Sequence record: PZ583743.1
Length of the DNA: 64,000 nucleotides
Direction: 5' to 3' (one strand)
Origin: a phage
Made by a program: the position numbers and the translations under genes. A model generated the notes under the pieces. The model ran no database searches. It saw only the letters and a program-made list of their open reading frames with translations, and was not told the origin of the DNA. This document shows, piece by piece, positions 39,024-47,283 of the stretch; the first letter of the stretch is position 1, and the number at the start of each line of letters is the position of its first letter.

Positions 39024-40048
39024 ATCTTGGCATATTTAGATAACCGCATTTTAGCCATTAACCCCTGGGCAATATTATTTTTCATATATTCCATAATTTG
39101 TTCAGGGGTTGCACCTTCCTTTCTAATCATATCATTAACATCTTTTGATTTCCAGGGAGATTTATCCCAAAACATAACCCTTTCTCCTGCATCAACTAAT
39201 TTAGTCATTCGCTTGATAGTGTCAGGGTGACGAGGTTCATTATCTAAAACCCACACTCGTCTATCTTTAAATGGAACAACTTCTAGGTCTAATTGACCAC
39301 CTGTAATAGCTATACCATTTTCAATAAAAAGCGAATCTATAGGTCCTTCTAGAACATATACATCACCATCTTTGACTCGTTCGACTCCATAGATTTTTGT
39401 TGCCTCAGGATAAGCTTTGATGGTGATATATTTTTGAGGAGCATCTTTCTTTAATGCACGTCCTTGAAAAGACTCAGCTTTTCCGTTAGCATTATAAATT
39501 GGAATAACAAGACGAGGCTCAGGTGTTTCCTTTTTATATGTTCCTGGAGCTATACTATTAACTAATTTAGGCCATTCAGTTGTAAACCAAAGATATTTCC
39601 ATTTATCCTTTGGAATACAACGAGCTTTTACATATTTTATAATTGGATGGTCTTCCGCCAATTTATCTAATCTGATGCATGACGGAAGAGATTTAATTAT
39701 TTTCTTCTCAGGTTGTTTAGGAAGTTCTTTAGGTTTTTCTACTGGACGACTTTTACCTTTTTCTTTTCTTATTTCAAAGATATACTCACGATATAAATCA
39801 GGTTCAAACTCCTTTAAATATATTCCGATTGGTGCATGATAGTTACAGTTATAACAATGAATATTTCCTTCATTATTATCGCCATAATACCATCCACGGG
39901 CTTTATTTTGATCGGTTTTTGAATCTCCACAAACGGGACATCTAAACCGTAATTTAAAAGTTGAACTATTATTTACTTGTGCGAATTTAGGTAAATGAGC
40001 CAATGCACGGTATGCAAACTCATTATCAATCCAAGGTATTGATGACAT
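39020..40048 (-). CDS. 61: gp61 DNA primase
   Basis: 342 aa as in T4; N-terminal zinc-binding motif CPVCGDS...CYNC. Confidence 0.9.
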   Translation of the reverse strand: MSSIPWIDNEFAYRALAHLPKFAQVNNSSTFKLRFRCPVCGDSKTDQNKARGWYYGDNNEGNIHCYNCNYHAPIGIYLKEFEPDLYREYIFEIRKEKGKSRPVEKPKELPKQPEKKIIKSLPSCIRLDKLAEDHPIIKYVKARCIPKDKWKYLWFTTEWPKLVNSIAPGTYKKETPEPRLVIPIYNANGKAESFQGRALKKDAPQKYITIKAYPEATKIYGVERVKDGDVYVLEGPIDSLFIENGIAITGGQLDLEVVPFKDRRVWVLDNEPRHPDTIKRMTKLVDAGERVMFWDKSPWKSKDVNDMIRKEGATPEQIMEYMKNNIAQGLMAKMRLSKYAKI

Positions 40049-40050
40049 TT

Positions 40051-40215
40051 TTACTCTTCTTTTTCTTTAGATTCCTCTTTTTTCTTTTTAGGAATCTGTT
40101 CAGGACCTTTATTTACTACAGCACCTGACGTTGTTCCAGTGGAGATATTTTCAGGATTACCACCTGAATCTCCAGCTACCATATCTTCTTTAATAAATTC
40201 TTTATATGTTTTCAT
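40051..40215 (-). CDS. Small ORF (54 aa), 61.1-like
   Basis: Manual translation MKTYKEFIKEDMVAGDSGGNPENISTGTTSG... Confidence 0.5.
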   Translation of the reverse strand: MKTYKEFIKEDMVAGDSGGNPENISTGTTSGAVVNKGPEQIPKKKKEESKEKEE

Positions 40216-40216
40216 A

Positions 40217-40843
40217 TTAACCTCTATTCATAAAAGCATTAAAAATTTGGTCATCAATAGAAACATCTACTTTAGACTGTTTTTCTGATGGTAATTCATA
40301 TCCACATATTACAATTTTGTGATCAATATCAAAATACACAGAAGCAATATGATTAATGATGTTTTCAGTAAAGTCTAAATCAACATCAATATCTTTTTGA
40401 CCACAGCCCAAAGGATAAATAATGCGAGTAATTCGATTATCTTTAACAAAGATTCCACCGACATACTCTGTGCTGCGTTTAAAGTCTACACGCCAACGAA
40501 ATGAAAAATATTCAGGCTCTTTATGAGCTCTGCTCATAGGACACAACGAGTAACTAGAATAAGAGATGTCAAATCCTACGCCTTCAATATGAGCCAAAGT
40601 ATCATGATTAAACCAATTATAATCGTACGCCAAATCCATTAGATTATAATATGTAAAAGGCACCGGATTAACGTCATTAATCACAAGCATGTAATTAGCA
40701 ACTGCTATAATTTCATTGTTTTTAACGAATACAAACCGTGATTGATGCGAATGACCTGGACCCGCGTTTTCACGATTAATGATATAACACTGGGCACCTT
40801 TATATTTGTATGTATCTTTGCACTTGTGCATTTGATAGAGCAT
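40217..40843 (-). CDS. Hypothetical protein (208 aa), 61.2-like
   Basis: ORF track; position in the 61-41 cluster. Confidence 0.55.
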   Translation of the reverse strand: MLYQMHKCKDTYKYKGAQCYIINRENAGPGHSHQSRFVFVKNNEIIAVANYMLVINDVNPVPFTYYNLMDLAYDYNWFNHDTLAHIEGVGFDISYSSYSLCPMSRAHKEPEYFSFRWRVDFKRSTEYVGGIFVKDNRITRIIYPLGCGQKDIDVDLDFTENIINHIASVYFDIDHKIVICGYELPSEKQSKVDVSIDDQIFNAFMNRG

Positions 40844-41136
40844 TATTCACCTACCACTTCAGCGATGATATTTTTATTATTAAAGTTTTTATCGCAATAC
40901 AGAACATAATTATACTGCATTACACCACCAGATTTAAGTTGTTTTTGCACTTTAGCTTTCATTTCAGGACGATCGCGCTCAACGATATTCATAATATCCG
41001 CTTCAATTTGAGTTTCAACTTCAGTCTGATCTGCAGTCATAGACCATTCGCACAAATCTTTGTCATAACCCGCCATAGCAGGCTGAGCAGCGCAAGAAGA
41101 TAAAGCAAAAATTGCAGCAAAGATAAATTTTTTCAT
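40843..41136 (-). CDS. sp: Spackle periplasmic protein (superinfection exclusion)
   Basis: 97 aa as in T4 Sp; N-terminal signal peptide MKKFIFAAIFALSSCAAQPAMA. Confidence 0.8.
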   Translation of the reverse strand: MKKFIFAAIFALSSCAAQPAMAGYDKDLCEWSMTADQTEVETQIEADIMNIVERDRPEMKAKVQKQLKSGGVMQYNYVLYCDKNFNNKNIIAEVVGE

Positions 41137-41162
41137 GATAATCTCCTCAGTAGTTTATGTTT

Positions 41163-41194
41163 ATATAGTATCTCAATTTCCAATAAAAGTAAAC
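41163..41194 (-). promoter_or_regulatory. Early promoter upstream of sp
   Basis: Plus-strand tatatagta...gtaaac. Confidence 0.45.
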
Positions 41195-41196
41195 AG

Positions 41197-41496
41197 TTAT
41201 TTTAAAACTTCTGCATAATCACATGTTACAAACTGTTTCTCTAACTTGGCGATTTTACGAAAGTATCTTTTGCATTGACGAATCTGTCGCTTTGTAGGGC
41301 GCACAGCAAACTTAATAAATTCCACTCGACCAAATGGAGGGCTTTCTTCTGCCGGAATATCTAATACTAATTCCCACGTATCTGCAATAAGTGCTTTGAA
41401 TTGAGTATTTTTCCTGACATTATACGGAGTAGGTTTAAATAAAACGATATGCATATTATCCTCGGCAATCCACTTCACATACCTTCTTGTCATCAA
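41197..41496 (-). CDS. Hypothetical protein (99 aa), 61.4-like
   Basis: ORF track. Confidence 0.5.
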   Translation of the reverse strand: MMTRRYVKWIAEDNMHIVLFKPTPYNVRKNTQFKALIADTWELVLDIPAEESPPFGRVEFIKFAVRPTKRQIRQCKRYFRKIAKLEKQFVTCDYAEVLK

Positions 41497-41638
41497 TGAA
41501 AGCTTTAACTAGTGCTTTATTAACTTCAGCATATTGAGTAGTAGCCCATTGAACGTCATCTTTCATCATTGTGGTCTCTTTAGTAAACATGCTTTCATTC
41601 TTAAACCACCCCATAAAAACTACCTTTACCAATTCCAT
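41456..41638 (-). CDS. dmd: Dmd-like protein (60 aa; antitoxin against host RnlA/LsoA in T4)
   Basis: 60 aa and position adjacent to gene 41, as for T4 gene 61.5. Confidence 0.6.
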   Translation of the reverse strand: MELVKVVFMGWFKNESMFTKETTMMKDDVQWATTQYAEVNKALVKAFIDDKKVCEVDCRG

Positions 41639-41666
41639 AACAATCTCCTCATTTAACCAACAAGAC

Positions 41667-41697
41667 TACTATACCATAGTCTTGTCAGCTTGTAAAC
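41667..41697 (-). promoter_or_regulatory. Early promoter upstream of dmd
   Basis: Plus-strand ctataccat...gtaaac. Confidence 0.4.
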
Positions 41698-43124
41698 TAA
41701 AATTTTAATTCATTCGCCAAAGCATCTAACTGAGCTCGAGTGGATTCATTTCTTTGATAGCGATTCTGCTCAGCTTGTATCTGTTGTGAACCTGCTACCT
41801 CACTCACTTCAGTTGGAGTAGAATCTTGTTCAATTTCTACCCATTTCTGATTTCCTTTTTGAACACCCATCAAAAACTTATTCCATTTATTCTTATCACC
41901 ATATCGTGATTTGATTTGCTTAATAAGTTGTTGTTCAGCAGCTGCTAACTCCTCGGTTTCAATGACCGCAAGCATAAAATCAGCTGTTGCTGGAAGACCG
42001 GCAGATTCTGCAATATCGCTCATGTTAACATCAGAAGAATCCCAAGCTTGTTTACCAACCTGTGCTGCAGTCCAAAGAACAGTTTCGGTTTCAACAGCAA
42101 GAGCACGCAATTCCTCTGCAATGGCTTTAACAGTTGTGTAACTATTTTCTGAATAAACTCTGATGCGGCAAGATTTACAAATACCTAGATAGTCGACAAT
42201 AATGATTGTTGGAACAAAATTTTTCTTGAGCTTCAATTCATTCAAGAGAGACCTGAATGTGTTAGCATCTGCCCCACCAGTAGGATACTGTTTAACGATT
42301 AAACGACCGAGAGTAGATTTCTCACGCCATTTTTCCATTTTTCCTTTATACTCAGCGTAAGAAATATGCCCATCATCAATATCATCAAGAGAAACATCAA
42401 GCATATTAGCATCAATACGTTTAGCGCAGACTTCTTCTGCCATTTCCATGGAAATGTAAAGAACATTATGTCCGAGCTGTAAATAATCTGCTGCTAATGA
42501 ACACAATCCTAATGACTTACCAACGTTAACGCCAGCCATTAAAACGTTCAGTGTTCCAGTCTCAGCTCCGCCTTTAGTAATTTTATTTAGAATTTTGAGT
42601 TTAAATGGAACCTTACGAGCTTTATTCATATAAGATAGCCAACGTGCTTCATAGTCATCCATCCAATCATGACCAACGTAACTATCAAATGAAATTGATA
42701 ATGCTTGGCGCATGATGTCAGGAATAGCACCAACATCCGGCATTTTCTTATTTCGTTTTTCCGGAGGAAGCTCAGCATTGGTTTGAATTTCAATTATTTT
42801 AGACGTAGCATTAAACATCGCCCTTTGCTGAACATATTTTTCTGTTTCTTTTACTAACCAGCTGTGGTCTTCCGGAGAATCGGTTAGTTTTGAAATAAGT
42901 GTTTTTACACCAGAATATTCTGTTTCAGTAAATGAACTATTTTCTAATGCAACATTTAACGCATTAATAGATGGAACGCTATGATACTCATTAACATGTG
43001 ATTTAATTAATTTGAATGTATTTTTAGCTGGACCACTTTCAAAATATTCTGAATCCATATATGGCCAAACTTTTGAAAAATAAGCTTGATCAAATATGAG
43101 ATGAGAAAGAATAATTTCTACCAC
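41697..43124 (-). CDS. 41: gp41 replicative DNA helicase (DnaB-like)
   Basis: 475 aa as in T4; Walker A GVNVGKS. Confidence 0.9.
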   Translation of the reverse strand: MVEIILSHLIFDQAYFSKVWPYMDSEYFESGPAKNTFKLIKSHVNEYHSVPSINALNVALENSSFTETEYSGVKTLISKLTDSPEDHSWLVKETEKYVQQRAMFNATSKIIEIQTNAELPPEKRNKKMPDVGAIPDIMRQALSISFDSYVGHDWMDDYEARWLSYMNKARKVPFKLKILNKITKGGAETGTLNVLMAGVNVGKSLGLCSLAADYLQLGHNVLYISMEMAEEVCAKRIDANMLDVSLDDIDDGHISYAEYKGKMEKWREKSTLGRLIVKQYPTGGADANTFRSLLNELKLKKNFVPTIIIVDYLGICKSCRIRVYSENSYTTVKAIAEELRALAVETETVLWTAAQVGKQAWDSSDVNMSDIAESAGLPATADFMLAVIETEELAAAEQQLIKQIKSRYGDKNKWNKFLMGVQKGNQKWVEIEQDSTPTEVSEVAGSQQIQAEQNRYQRNESTRAQLDALANELKF

Positions 43125-43133
43125 ACTTACTCC

Positions 43134-43496
43134 TTAAAAGAATTTAAATTTTTTCTTTGACCTTTTATTAAATGCATCTTGTAGTTGCATTGTAATACAT
43201 TTTTCTACATGAGGAGCTAACTCAGCTTTTCTTTCTTGGTCAAGAACAGCAAAGTCCATTACGACTTTTCCATCAACCCAATCTAATTTTGTCACATACA
43301 CAATGTGTGTAGAACCATCTTCTAGTTTAATGACAATCTCCTGGATAACATTTTCCATGGCAGATTTAATTATCTTAAGAGATTCATTAAAAAGACGTTC
43401 TTTTCTTTCTTCTTCCCCCTCCGAAGAGGGGGATTCGTCGATAATTTCTAGATCTAAATCTAAATCATCTTTATTCATTAAATTCTTCCATATCAC
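43134..43496 (-). CDS. 40: gp40-like protein (120 aa)
   Basis: Position between 41 and uvsX; size. Confidence 0.6.
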   Translation of the reverse strand: MIWKNLMNKDDLDLDLEIIDESPSSEGEEERKERLFNESLKIIKSAMENVIQEIVIKLEDGSTHIVYVTKLDWVDGKVVMDFAVLDQERKAELAPHVEKCITMQLQDAFNKRSKKKFKFF

Positions 43497-44652
43497 TTAA
43501 CTGATCTAGGTCAGTTTCTAAATCAGCTGCTGATTTACTTTTACTTTCTGGAGATTTAAATTTTTCAACCTTTGAGTTAATCAATTCATCAACTTCAGCT
43601 TCAACAATTTCATTACTATCAATAGCACCTAATTGATAAGCACGTTTAATAGCATCTCGGAATGGTTGATGCTTAAATAAAGGACCCCAGAATGTAGTGC
43701 AGTTGGTATCTTTTGCACGCCAAGATTTTTCTTCGCGAATCATCTCGCCTGTTTCTTCGTCAAGAAATTCACGAGCATACCAGCCATTTTTAGGTTTTAC
43801 TACAAATCCTAATTCAAGAGCCATATCTAACAATCCAGAATAAGGATCGATACCACCGTCAAATTTAACATCAATAAAGAATTTACTTTTTTCTTTAACG
43901 GTACGAGATTTTTCTACATTTAGAACAAATTGATACCCCTGAAGATCAGAACCATCTTTAATCTGACGCTTACCGATAATGAATACAGTATCAGCTGAAT
44001 ACATTACGCCTGTACCACCTGTCATCACGGTTTTACTAAACATTTCAATGGTTTCAATTGTATGGTTAACCGCAACACATGGAATATTTTTAATGCTAAA
44101 ATAAGGAGTAACAATACGGAATAATGACTTCAGTGATTTAGCACGAGTCATATCTGCCACAGATTTTTCATTCAAGGCATCTTCCGTTTCTTTCTTAGAA
44201 GCCATATTACCAATTGAGTCGATGAATACAATAACCTTTTCACCACGCTCAATAGCTTCAAGCTGATTCACCATATCAATTTTCAGTTGTTCAACTGACT
44301 GGATTGGCGTATGAATTACTCGTTCTGGGTCAACTCCCATGGATCGCAAATAAGCTGGAGTAATACCAAATTCGCTATCATAGAATAGACAAACTGCATC
44401 AGGATATTTGTTCAAATATGCCGCAACCATAGTCAAAGACATATTTGATTTAAAGTGTTTAGAAGGCCCTGCGAAAATAGTTAAACCGGACTGCATTCCA
44501 CCATCAATCGCACCGGAAATAGCGATATTAAGCATTGGAATTTTTGTACGGATTACATCCTTTTCATTAAAGAATTTAGATGTAGTCAGTTCAGCAGTCA
44601 TTTTAGAAGTGGAAGCTTTAATCAAACGGGATTTTAAATCTGCAATAGACAT
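43471..44652 (-). CDS. uvsX: UvsX recombinase (RecA-like)
   Basis: 393 aa; N-terminus MSIADLKSRLIKASTSK; Walker A GPSKHFKS. Confidence 0.9.
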   Translation of the reverse strand: MSIADLKSRLIKASTSKMTAELTTSKFFNEKDVIRTKIPMLNIAISGAIDGGMQSGLTIFAGPSKHFKSNMSLTMVAAYLNKYPDAVCLFYDSEFGITPAYLRSMGVDPERVIHTPIQSVEQLKIDMVNQLEAIERGEKVIVFIDSIGNMASKKETEDALNEKSVADMTRAKSLKSLFRIVTPYFSIKNIPCVAVNHTIETIEMFSKTVMTGGTGVMYSADTVFIIGKRQIKDGSDLQGYQFVLNVEKSRTVKEKSKFFIDVKFDGGIDPYSGLLDMALELGFVVKPKNGWYAREFLDEETGEMIREEKSWRAKDTNCTTFWGPLFKHQPFRDAIKRAYQLGAIDSNEIVEAEVDELINSKVEKFKSPESKSKSAADLETDLDQLSDMEEFNE

Positions 44653-44729
44653 TCATTTTTTCCATAGGCATCATTATATTTTCCTCACTGGTTAAAGATA
44701 GAATAATTATAACACAATAAATTTAGGCA

Positions 44730-45578
44730 TTAATCAACTGCTATTGGATGAATAGCATTAAACTTATGAAATGCTTCTGATTTTTCTTTACGCGAAACAC
44801 ACATGCGAAGAACCTTTAATGGCTCGTCTTCTTCACCCAACGATTTTCGTTTTTCAATATTCGATGTTTTCCAACGAGCTTGCTCTGGAAACTCTCTATT
44901 GATTTGCTCAAGCGCTCTATTATGTTTAGAATTACTACGAATTGAACTACATCCACCGGGAGCGTGTGATTTTCCAGATACAACTAGATATTTGAACAAG
45001 GCCAAATGCGGATAACCTTGATTAATTAAATTGAGAAATGCATACATATCTTCGCATAAATCAATTTTTCCATACCCAATTTGTTCTGTCGTAAGTTTTC
45101 CGAGGTCATACCATGTATTCGTGAATCCATATGAGTTTTCACGATAATTACCCCAAGATGAAGTAATTTTAAAAATTGGTAGACGAGCATGACCGTGATA
45201 ATACCCGCAATCCATGGCATCTTCAACATATTGAATCAATTCATAGAACTGTTCACGAGTTAATTGATTAATTTTATCTACACGCCGTTTATCGTCTCTC
45301 TTTCGTATTGAACTCATACGAATAGTAGTATCATCATCAATCATCCAGATTCGTTGACCTGCATACATATCAGTAATTGCTTTACGAGTACCAGCAATTC
45401 CATTAACATCATCAGGAATAGTTATAATTTTAGCTCTAGACCCATAAGCGTCATAATAAGCTTTTTCTTCGTGTTTACGTACTACAATATGAGGTTCATA
45501 ATCAGTTGGAAACATATCAAGGGCAGAAACTGCCCCTACGCGTTGATAACTTGGAATTACGAATTGAATCATTTCCAC
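44730..45578 (-). CDS. GT-A fold glycosyltransferase, probable beta-glucosyl-HMC alpha-glucosyltransferase (T2/T6 type)
   Basis: 282 aa; DxD-like motif MIDDD; occupies the uvsX-42 slot where T4 has the 351-aa beta-gt. Confidence 0.6.
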   Translation of the reverse strand: MEMIQFVIPSYQRVGAVSALDMFPTDYEPHIVVRKHEEKAYYDAYGSRAKIITIPDDVNGIAGTRKAITDMYAGQRIWMIDDDTTIRMSSIRKRDDKRRVDKINQLTREQFYELIQYVEDAMDCGYYHGHARLPIFKITSSWGNYRENSYGFTNTWYDLGKLTTEQIGYGKIDLCEDMYAFLNLINQGYPHLALFKYLVVSGKSHAPGGCSSIRSNSKHNRALEQINREFPEQARWKTSNIEKRKSLGEEDEPLKVLRMCVSRKEKSEAFHKFNAIHPIAVD

Positions 45579-46309
45579 TCACCGTTATAATCTTTTTTCG
45601 CAATATGAATTTCGCCAGTTTTCCACCAATGGTCAACCAAATAAAAATGACGGGAATACACATGAAGGCTCCCGACATTCCATATAATGGAACCTGCTTT
45701 ATACTGACGAGTTGAATCACCTGCATTCAAATCAGATACTAATTTATCTAGTACATATTTTTGCCATGCATAATCATTACGGAATCCGAAGACCACGTCA
45801 TTTGAACGCATGTTAACCACTGCATTAATTTTCTTATCACGAATCAGGTACTGTACTGTATTAGTACACATGAAATCCGACATGCCATCTTTATTGTAGT
45901 CAAACTGCATGGATGGACGAGTATAAATCATGATACCGCGTCGAGAATCAGGATTTTGACCAAGTTCAGCTAAACACATATCATACTGGGCATAGTTATC
46001 TTCTGACCAGATGGCCCAACCATAATTCGAGTTAATTTCGCCTTTAGAAGATGCTACCTGCTGCCAAATCTTCGGCGTTTCACCTGGAATATCTTTAACA
46101 AACAAACTTTGAGACTTATACCATTCAAGTTCACGCTGAATGTATTCATCATTAAGAGCGCCAAAAATAAAAGGTTCATCTGCTACAAATGATGCACCAA
46201 TAATTTCAATAGTTTTAACACCGGTTTTATCAATTACGAAATCTTTTTCCTTTAATGCAAGACCCAAATCAAGACGGATTTCTTCAACTGTCATATAATC
46301 GTTAATCAT
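45569..46309 (-). CDS. 42: gp42 dCMP hydroxymethylase
   Basis: 246 aa as in T4; thymidylate-synthase-like fold region. Confidence 0.9.
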   Translation of the reverse strand: MINDYMTVEEIRLDLGLALKEKDFVIDKTGVKTIEIIGASFVADEPFIFGALNDEYIQRELEWYKSQSLFVKDIPGETPKIWQQVASSKGEINSNYGWAIWSEDNYAQYDMCLAELGQNPDSRRGIMIYTRPSMQFDYNKDGMSDFMCTNTVQYLIRDKKINAVVNMRSNDVVFGFRNDYAWQKYVLDKLVSDLNAGDSTRQYKAGSIIWNVGSLHVYSRHFYLVDHWWKTGEIHIAKKDYNGEWK

Positions 46310-46316
46310 TTAAACC

Positions 46317-46466
46317 TCAATTGATGCATTCATATTTAATTTGTAACAGTAATAAACCCCAACCTAAAATAATAGTTGGAATCATAAGAGGAACCGTTAC
46401 ACTATAGTATATACTTATTATAATCATCAAGATTAAAAGCAACACTGCTATAATTTTGCTTTTCAT
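46317..46466 (-). CDS. Small membrane protein (49 aa) between imm and 42
   Basis: Manual translation MKSKIIAVLLLILMIIISIYYSV...; overlaps imm stop. Confidence 0.45.
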   Translation of the reverse strand: MKSKIIAVLLLILMIIISIYYSVTVPLMIPTIILGWGLLLLQIKYECIN

Positions 46467-46714
46467 TCCTTCTCTCTGATGATAATTACTTGATTTGGCT
46501 GTGCAGACTTTTTAGTTTCACCAGCAATTGACCAAATAAATGTAATAAACCAACCAATGATTGACCAGTTAAACAGTAAAGATGTAAAAAAGATTCCTAC
46601 TGTCGATTTTGACCCACGCATCAAGGCAATGAACCAAGGAAGCATGTATATAATAATAGCCAACACACCTGAAACTAAAACCATAAAAATTGAACCTGCT
46701 ACTAAAGTTTCCAT
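46463..46714 (-). CDS. imm: Imm immunity protein (superinfection exclusion)
   Basis: 83 aa as in T4; two TM segments. Confidence 0.85.
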   Translation of the reverse strand: METLVAGSIFMVLVSGVLAIIIYMLPWFIALMRGSKSTVGIFFTSLLFNWSIIGWFITFIWSIAGETKKSAQPNQVIIIREKE

Positions 46715-46721
46715 GTTTTCC

Positions 46722-47102
46722 TCACTTAGTCAAATTTTTTACACATGAATTATAAGAATTTACTACATACTCCATCGGAGCATTTTTACCAGTACGCCAT
46801 TGATAATTATTAGCCCAATTTGCCCAAAGTTCAGCGCAGTAGTTTTCAATTTTTTCTTCGCGTGTAATTACATCCGAATTACGATATGCTTGAGCAGATT
46901 CATCTGGACGAATAGCCTCGTCAAAATTCGCCTGCATTTGTTCTACTGTCTGTTTTGGAGCTTCTTTATAACACTTGACATTAGGATTATAAAATTTGCT
47001 TGAACAGTTTACAATTTTTCCTACATCAGACTGATTTACTACCGGTCCTTGAGCTACACAGCCAGTAAGACCCAATGCAATAACCAAAATAGCGATTTTC
47101 AT
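46722..47102 (-). CDS. Putative lipoprotein (126 aa from ATG at 47102)
   Basis: MKIAILVIALGLTGC signal peptide and lipobox; ORF-track start is further upstream. Confidence 0.55.
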   Translation of the reverse strand: MKIAILVIALGLTGCVAQGPVVNQSDVGKIVNCSSKFYNPNVKCYKEAPKQTVEQMQANFDEAIRPDESAQAYRNSDVITREEKIENYCAELWANWANNYQWRTGKNAPMEYVVNSYNSCVKNLTK

Positions 47103-47134
47103 TTCATTCTCCAAATCCGCATCAGTTGATAGTT

Positions 47135-47164
47135 GTATAGTACCATAGAAGAACAGTCTTGTAA
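47135..47164 (-). promoter_or_regulatory. Early promoter (repeated cassette)
   Basis: Plus-strand gtatagtacc...gtaaac. Confidence 0.55.
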
Positions 47165-47248
47165 ACAGTTTTGTGAAAAAATTTTTAATGAATTCCAGGG
47201 GTCCAGAAACATCTGTTTTTCCTAAGTATAGATTTATATTACTTGTAT

Positions 47249-47270
47249 GAAAAAGGGACCCGGAGGTCCC
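47249..47270 (-). terminator. Rho-independent terminator after gene 43 (GGGACC-UCCG-GGUCCC + U-run)
   Basis: Read directly; 13 nt downstream of gene 43 stop. Confidence 0.7.
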
Positions 47271-47283
47271 TAGATTTATTCTA

